From an uncultured Dehalococcoidia bacterium (GTDB lineage Bacteria > Chloroflexota > Dehalococcoidia > Lucifugimonadales > Australimonadaceae), in NCBI GenBank assembly GCA_937901475.1, contig CALGTL010000030.1, positions 1 to 58,301 on the forward strand: a stretch of 58,301 nucleotides of DNA, read 5' to 3'. Of this stretch, positions 54,554 through 58,301 are shown piece after piece. The position numbers and the translations under genes were made by a program. Within the stretch, counting starts at the first letter, position 1. Each line of letters starts with the position of its first letter. The notes beneath the pieces are model-generated. The model saw only the letters and a program-made list of their open reading frames with translations, had not been told where the DNA came from and ran no database searches.

Positions 54554-57500
54554 TTATTCCCCGCTCTCAGGCTCCTCAACGCTGGTTTCGCTTTCCTCTT
54601 CGACCGCTTCAAGACTTGCTTCGTCGGGGTCTTCCTCTACTTCAGGTTCACCCTCTGCTTGGTCCTCTTCCACGCTCGCTTCAGGAGCCTCTGCTATCGG
54701 CTCATCAGCCAGGTCGTCATCGTCATCGGCTAAATCGCCGACCAAGTCATCATCGTCGTCATCATCGTCATCATCGTCATCATCCCCGTTGATATCTAAT
54801 ACAGGGTGATCATGCCCTTCATGATCCTCACCAATAGGCACCTCAGCGCCAGGGTAGTCCATCATCAAGGTTGTCAGATCCTGCGGCGCGGGTGCTTCAC
54901 CGGCTACGGCGAGGGCTTCGGCCTCGGTGATCCCTAGTAACTCCCTACCTTCCGGTGACAAATCAAGCCGAGCTGGAATTAAGCGACCGATGATTACGTT
55001 TTCTTTGAGCCCGCGGAGGTAATCCGTCTCTCCCAAAATAGCTGCTTCAGTAAGGACTCGGGCTGTTTCCTGGAATGATGCCTTCGCCAAGAAACTATCC
55101 GTGTTTAATGAAGCTCGAGTTACACCAAGAATCTCGGGATTGCTAGTCGCGGGCTCTCCGCCCTCTGACATCACCTTTGCGTTGAGGCTCTGAAAACGAA
55201 CTCGGTCGACTAACTGGTTCGGCAGCATTTCAGTGTCACCAATGGTCTCAACACGAACCCACTTGAGAACCTGTCGAATAATCGTCTCGATGTGCTTGTC
55301 GTTGATGGAAACACCTTGGTTGCGGTACACGGTCTGTACTTGCTCCACAAGGTAACGTCTCGTTGCCTGCACGCCCTCGATACGCAGGAGGTCGTGGGGG
55401 TCTTTGACGCCGGAGGTGAGTTTTTGCCCTGCTACTACGGAATTACCCGTGTGTAACAATCGCTGGTCGGTCGCATCTACTACGTGATCACGAATCTCAA
55501 CTTCGGCCGAGTCGATCTCGATGCCGCCATCGACGACACGAACCACACCCGATACTCGGGCTAGAAGGTCAGTTAAGTCAGGTAGCGAGTCCTCACCTTC
55601 CGTGATTCCCTTTGCGGCTGCTTTGGTGGCTGCCGCGCGTGGTATAGCAATCGGCTCACCTGCATGGATACGGCCGCCCTTTCGAGTGACCTGCTTGTGA
55701 GTGTCCGGAATTGCATAGGAATCGATGAAAGGCACTCGGCTTACAACACGAACCACGGGTGCCGTTGAAATTGGGGGAACGAGTACTTGTGCGGAATCTT
55801 CCGGTACCTTGAACTCGCCGACCAATTCCCCTCCCTCAAAGATGAGGACGTCTCCATCGATCTCTGCAAGACGTGCTCTTCCCTTAGGAGTGCGCGCCTC
55901 GAAAAGTTCTTCTACACGTGGCAAACCTGACGTGATGTCCTTACCAGCTACACCACCCGTGTGGAATGTACGCATGGTCAATTGAGTGCCTGGCTCCCCA
56001 ATTGACTGCGCGGCGATGATGCCGACGGCATCACCGATGTTGACAATTTTTCCTGACGCTGGGCTACGACCGTAACAAATTCGGCAAATCCCTCGTGGGG
56101 CTTCGCAAGTTAAAGGACTCCGAACGGAGACTTCCTTTACCCCGGCTTCTTCAATCGCCTTCGCCTCGCTTTCTTCAATCGTTTGTTGGAGGTCAATCAG
56201 AATCTCGCCCGTTTCTGGGTGTGCGAGCGCCTCAGTAGCGACACGCCCCACAATCCGTTCGCGTAGAGGGGCAATCATCACGTCTTCTTCAGACGCGTCT
56301 GCGTGAATAGTGATGCCGCGATCGGTCTCGCAGTCCTGCTCAAGGACGATTACCTCCTGAGCCACGTCGATTAAACGTCGGGTAAGGTAACCGGAATCTG
56401 CTGTACGCAGCGCGGTGTCCGCGAGACCTTTACGGGCTCCGTGGGTTGAGATGAAATACTCAAGAACCGAAAGGCCTTCCCGGAAACTTGATTTGATTGG
56501 AAGCTCAATAATGTCTCCGCGGGGGTTGCTCATCAACCCACGCATAGCTGCCATCTGCTTGATCTGAGCCTCGTTACCACGCGCACCAGAGTGAGCCATG
56601 ACATAGATGCCACCGAAATCAGGGAGATGCTTCTGGAGAACAGCATCCATCGCGTTGTTGACGCCTTGCCATACCGCAACAGTCCGGCTCTCGCGCTCTC
56701 TGTCCGTAATGAGCCCAATCTCATACTGGTCTTGGAGCGCCTCAACCTTTTTGTCGGCTACCGCAATCATCGCGGCCTTTTCTTCAGGGACTTTGATGTC
56801 TGTGATACCGATGGTCGTGCCGGATATCGTGGCGTAATGGAATCCCATCGTCTTGATGCGGTCCAAAACATTGGCTGTCACGCTGTTACCGCTGGCGTGG
56901 TAAGTCTCGGTTACGAGGTCCTTCAGCGCCTTCTTATCCATCACAGAATTGTACCGGCGCAACTCTTCGGGAAGAGCTTCGTTGAAGATAATCCGTCCCG
57001 GAGTGGTCTGCATCCACCCCTCGGGTTGTGAAAGATCGCGAACGTTAATCTCTGACTGGAGCTCCAAAATGCCGGCATCGAATGCCATCATGGCATCCGC
57101 GATGTCACGGTAGCGCTCGCCGGTGCCCTTTGCCCCATCCTTAATTAAGGTGAGGTAATAGCAACCCAGAACGATTTCGTACGTGGGCGCAACCAAAGGT
57201 TCCCCAGAACTAGGAGAGAGCATATTGTAGACACTCAGCATAACGTTGCGCGCCTCTTGAACGGCCTCGCGTGAGAGCGGCACGTGGACGGCCATCTGGT
57301 CACCGTCGAAGTCAGCGTTGAACGCTGCGCAAACAAGCGGGTGAAGCTGAATCGCGCTACCTTCTACAAGTACTGGCATGAAGGCTTGAATACCTAGCCG
57401 GTGGAGAGTTGGTGCACGGTTGAGCAGTACGGGGCGGCCCTTGATAACCTCTTCGAGAATATCCCAGACTTCAGGCCTGGTTCGTTCAACCATCCGCTTT

Positions 57501-58300
57501 GCACTCTTGATGTTGTGGGCCAATCCTTGAGAGACCAAACGATTCATAACGAAAGGCTTGAATAGCTCTAGCGCCATCTTCTTGGGCAGACCACATTCGC
57601 CCAATGTGAGACCCGGCCCTACTACGATGACGGAACGCCCTCCGTAATCAACCCGTTTCCCTAGAAGGTTCTGTCGGAATCGTCCCTGCTTGCCGCGAAG
57701 GAGGTCGGACAGGCTTTTCAGTTTGTGATTGTGGCTGCCGACAATCGCTCGGCCCCGTCGACCGTTGTCAATAAGGTCATCAACGGCTTCCTGAAGCATG
57801 CGCTTCTCATTTCGAACGATGATTTCAGGAGCACCGAGATCCAATAGACGGCGGAGCCGATTGTTCCTGTTGATGACTCGACGATATAAGTCATTCAAAT
57901 CACTAGTGGCGAAGCGGCCTCCATCCAACTGCACCATCGGACGCAGGTCAGGTGGTAGCACCGGCAAGGCGGTGAGAACCATCCACTCAGCCTTATTAGT
58001 GCTGCGCCTGAATGCATCTACTACACGTATACGCTTTACTGCCTTCTTGCGTCGTTGTCCGGAGGTAGTACGAACCTCGTTCTCAAGTTCCGTTGACACA
58101 AAATCTAAGTCGATTTCACGAAGAATCGTTAGGATTGCCTCTGCGCCCATCCCCGCGTGGAAAACGTCCCCAAATTTTTCGTTGAGCTCACGGAACCGAG
58201 CCTCGGTCAGCAACATGAGGGCCTTGAGACTGTCCAAGTCATCCATGTCGCGCTGCATCGCTGCTCCGGCATCGGATTTTGCGATTTCGTACCCTGACAC
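54554..58300 (-). CDS. rpoC: DNA-directed RNA polymerase subunit beta-prime (N-terminus lies outside the window) with an acidic C-terminal extension
   Basis: 1248 aa are visible, with the catalytic motif [12 protein letters not shown] and bridge-helix and trigger-loop regions. The frame is open to the window edge, and the last 77 aa are Asp/Glu-rich. Confidence 0.97.
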   Translation of the reverse strand: MSGYEIAKSDAGAAMQRDMDDLDSLKALMLLTEARFRELNEKFGDVFHAGMGAEAILTILREIDLDFVSTELENEVRTTSGQRRKKAVKRIRVVDAFRRSTNKAEWMVLTALPVLPPDLRPMVQLDGGRFATSDLNDLYRRVINRNNRLRRLLDLGAPEIIVRNEKRMLQEAVDDLIDNGRRGRAIVGSHNHKLKSLSDLLRGKQGRFRQNLLGKRVDYGGRSVIVVGPGLTLGECGLPKKMALELFKPFVMNRLVSQGLAHNIKSAKRMVERTRPEVWDILEEVIKGRPVLLNRAPTLHRLGIQAFMPVLVEGSAIQLHPLVCAAFNADFDGDQMAVHVPLSREAVQEARNVMLSVYNMLSPSSGEPLVAPTYEIVLGCYYLTLIKDGAKGTGERYRDIADAMMAFDAGILELQSEINVRDLSQPEGWMQTTPGRIIFNEALPEELRRYNSVMDKKALKDLVTETYHASGNSVTANVLDRIKTMGFHYATISGTTIGITDIKVPEEKAAMIAVADKKVEALQDQYEIGLITDRERESRTVAVWQGVNNAMDAVLQKHLPDFGGIYVMAHSGARGNEAQIKQMAAMRGLMSNPRGDIIELPIKSSFREGLSVLEYFISTHGARKGLADTALRTADSGYLTRRLIDVAQEVIVLEQDCETDRGITIHADASEEDVMIAPLRERIVGRVATEALAHPETGEILIDLQQTIEESEAKAIEEAGVKEVSVRSPLTCEAPRGICRICYGRSPASGKIVNIGDAVGIIAAQSIGEPGTQLTMRTFHTGGVAGKDITSGLPRVEELFEARTPKGRARLAEIDGDVLIFEGGELVGEFKVPEDSAQVLVPPISTAPVVRVVSRVPFIDSYAIPDTHKQVTRKGGRIHAGEPIAIPRAAATKAAAKGITEGEDSLPDLTDLLARVSGVVRVVDGGIEIDSAEVEIRDHVVDATDQRLLHTGNSVVAGQKLTSGVKDPHDLLRIEGVQATRRYLVEQVQTVYRNQGVSINDKHIETIIRQVLKWVRVETIGDTEMLPNQLVDRVRFQSLNAKVMSEGGEPATSNPEILGVTRASLNTDSFLAKASFQETARVLTEAAILGETDYLRGLKENVIIGRLIPARLDLSPEGRELLGITEAEALAVAGEAPAPQDLTTLMMDYPGAEVPIGEDHEGHDHPVLDINGDDDDDDDDDDDDDLVGDLADDDDDLADEPIAEAPEASVEEDQAEGEPEVEEDPDEASLEAVEEESETSVEEPESGE

Positions 58301-58301
58301 A

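Noticed and set aside
54514-54792. His/Arg-rich 92-aa plus-strand ORF (…[22 protein letters not shown]…)
   Set aside because: It is the antisense mirror of the rpoC poly-Asp/Glu tail (GAT/GAC repeats read backwards). It starts inside the rpoC terminator hairpin.
1-58301. Search by eye for CRISPR arrays, rRNA or tRNA genes, IS elements, integrases, and phage or defence-system genes
   Set aside because: I saw no repeat-spacer periodicity, no tRNA cloverleaf candidates, and no transposase, integrase or nuclease-helicase signatures. The only mobile-element-like trace is the HicB islet reported above.

Overview
This is a 58.3-kb, densely coded chromosomal segment of a bacterium, with about 60 genes on both strands and mostly housekeeping functions. 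It carries hom-thrC-folE, tilS, tsaD, and purF with an archaeal-type purO. It also carries the rpmH-rnpA-yidD-yidC-jag cluster, a T-box-controlled long-form ileS, rph, ilvE, rsgA and Fe-S helper genes (iscA-type, ygfZ-like). The remainder includes a hotdog-pair/plsX/fabG operon, menA, ctaA-ctaB and the 3' 3.7 kb of rpoC. A short-form YidC, lipobox proteins, the T-box, an MMPL transporter, MshA/MshD/LmbE-like genes and PurO together suggest a monoderm lineage (Chloroflexota- or Actinomycetota-like). That lineage call is inference only. I recognised no rRNA, tRNA, CRISPR array, transposase or integrase.

Main second-look items:
- (1) A DsbA/FrnE-like oxidoreductase gene at 48452..49114 (-) has an in-frame TGA in place of the first Cys codon of its CxxC motif, followed by a SECIS-like hairpin. 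This is a candidate selenoprotein, and the ORF track shows only its C-terminal part.
- (2) The rnpA reading frame has no canonical start after rpmH and is open across all of rpmH, so the two genes appear nested and out of frame.
- (3) A GT4 (MshA-like), double-GNAT (MshD-like) and LmbE cluster suggests synthesis of a mycothiol-like conjugate.
- (4) yidC and jag overlap out of frame by 110 nt.
- (5) The beta-prime subunit ends in a 77-residue poly-Asp/Glu tail.
- (6) A small islet holds a HicB-like gene and degenerate HicA-like remnants.
- (7) An enoyl-CoA hydratase gene is frameshifted.
- (8) An accessory locus holds two paralogous SDR genes around an MMPL transporter, plus NadX-like, TPP-enzyme, MFS and PPOX-like genes.

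All product calls rest on motif recognition by eye. No database search or folding program was run.
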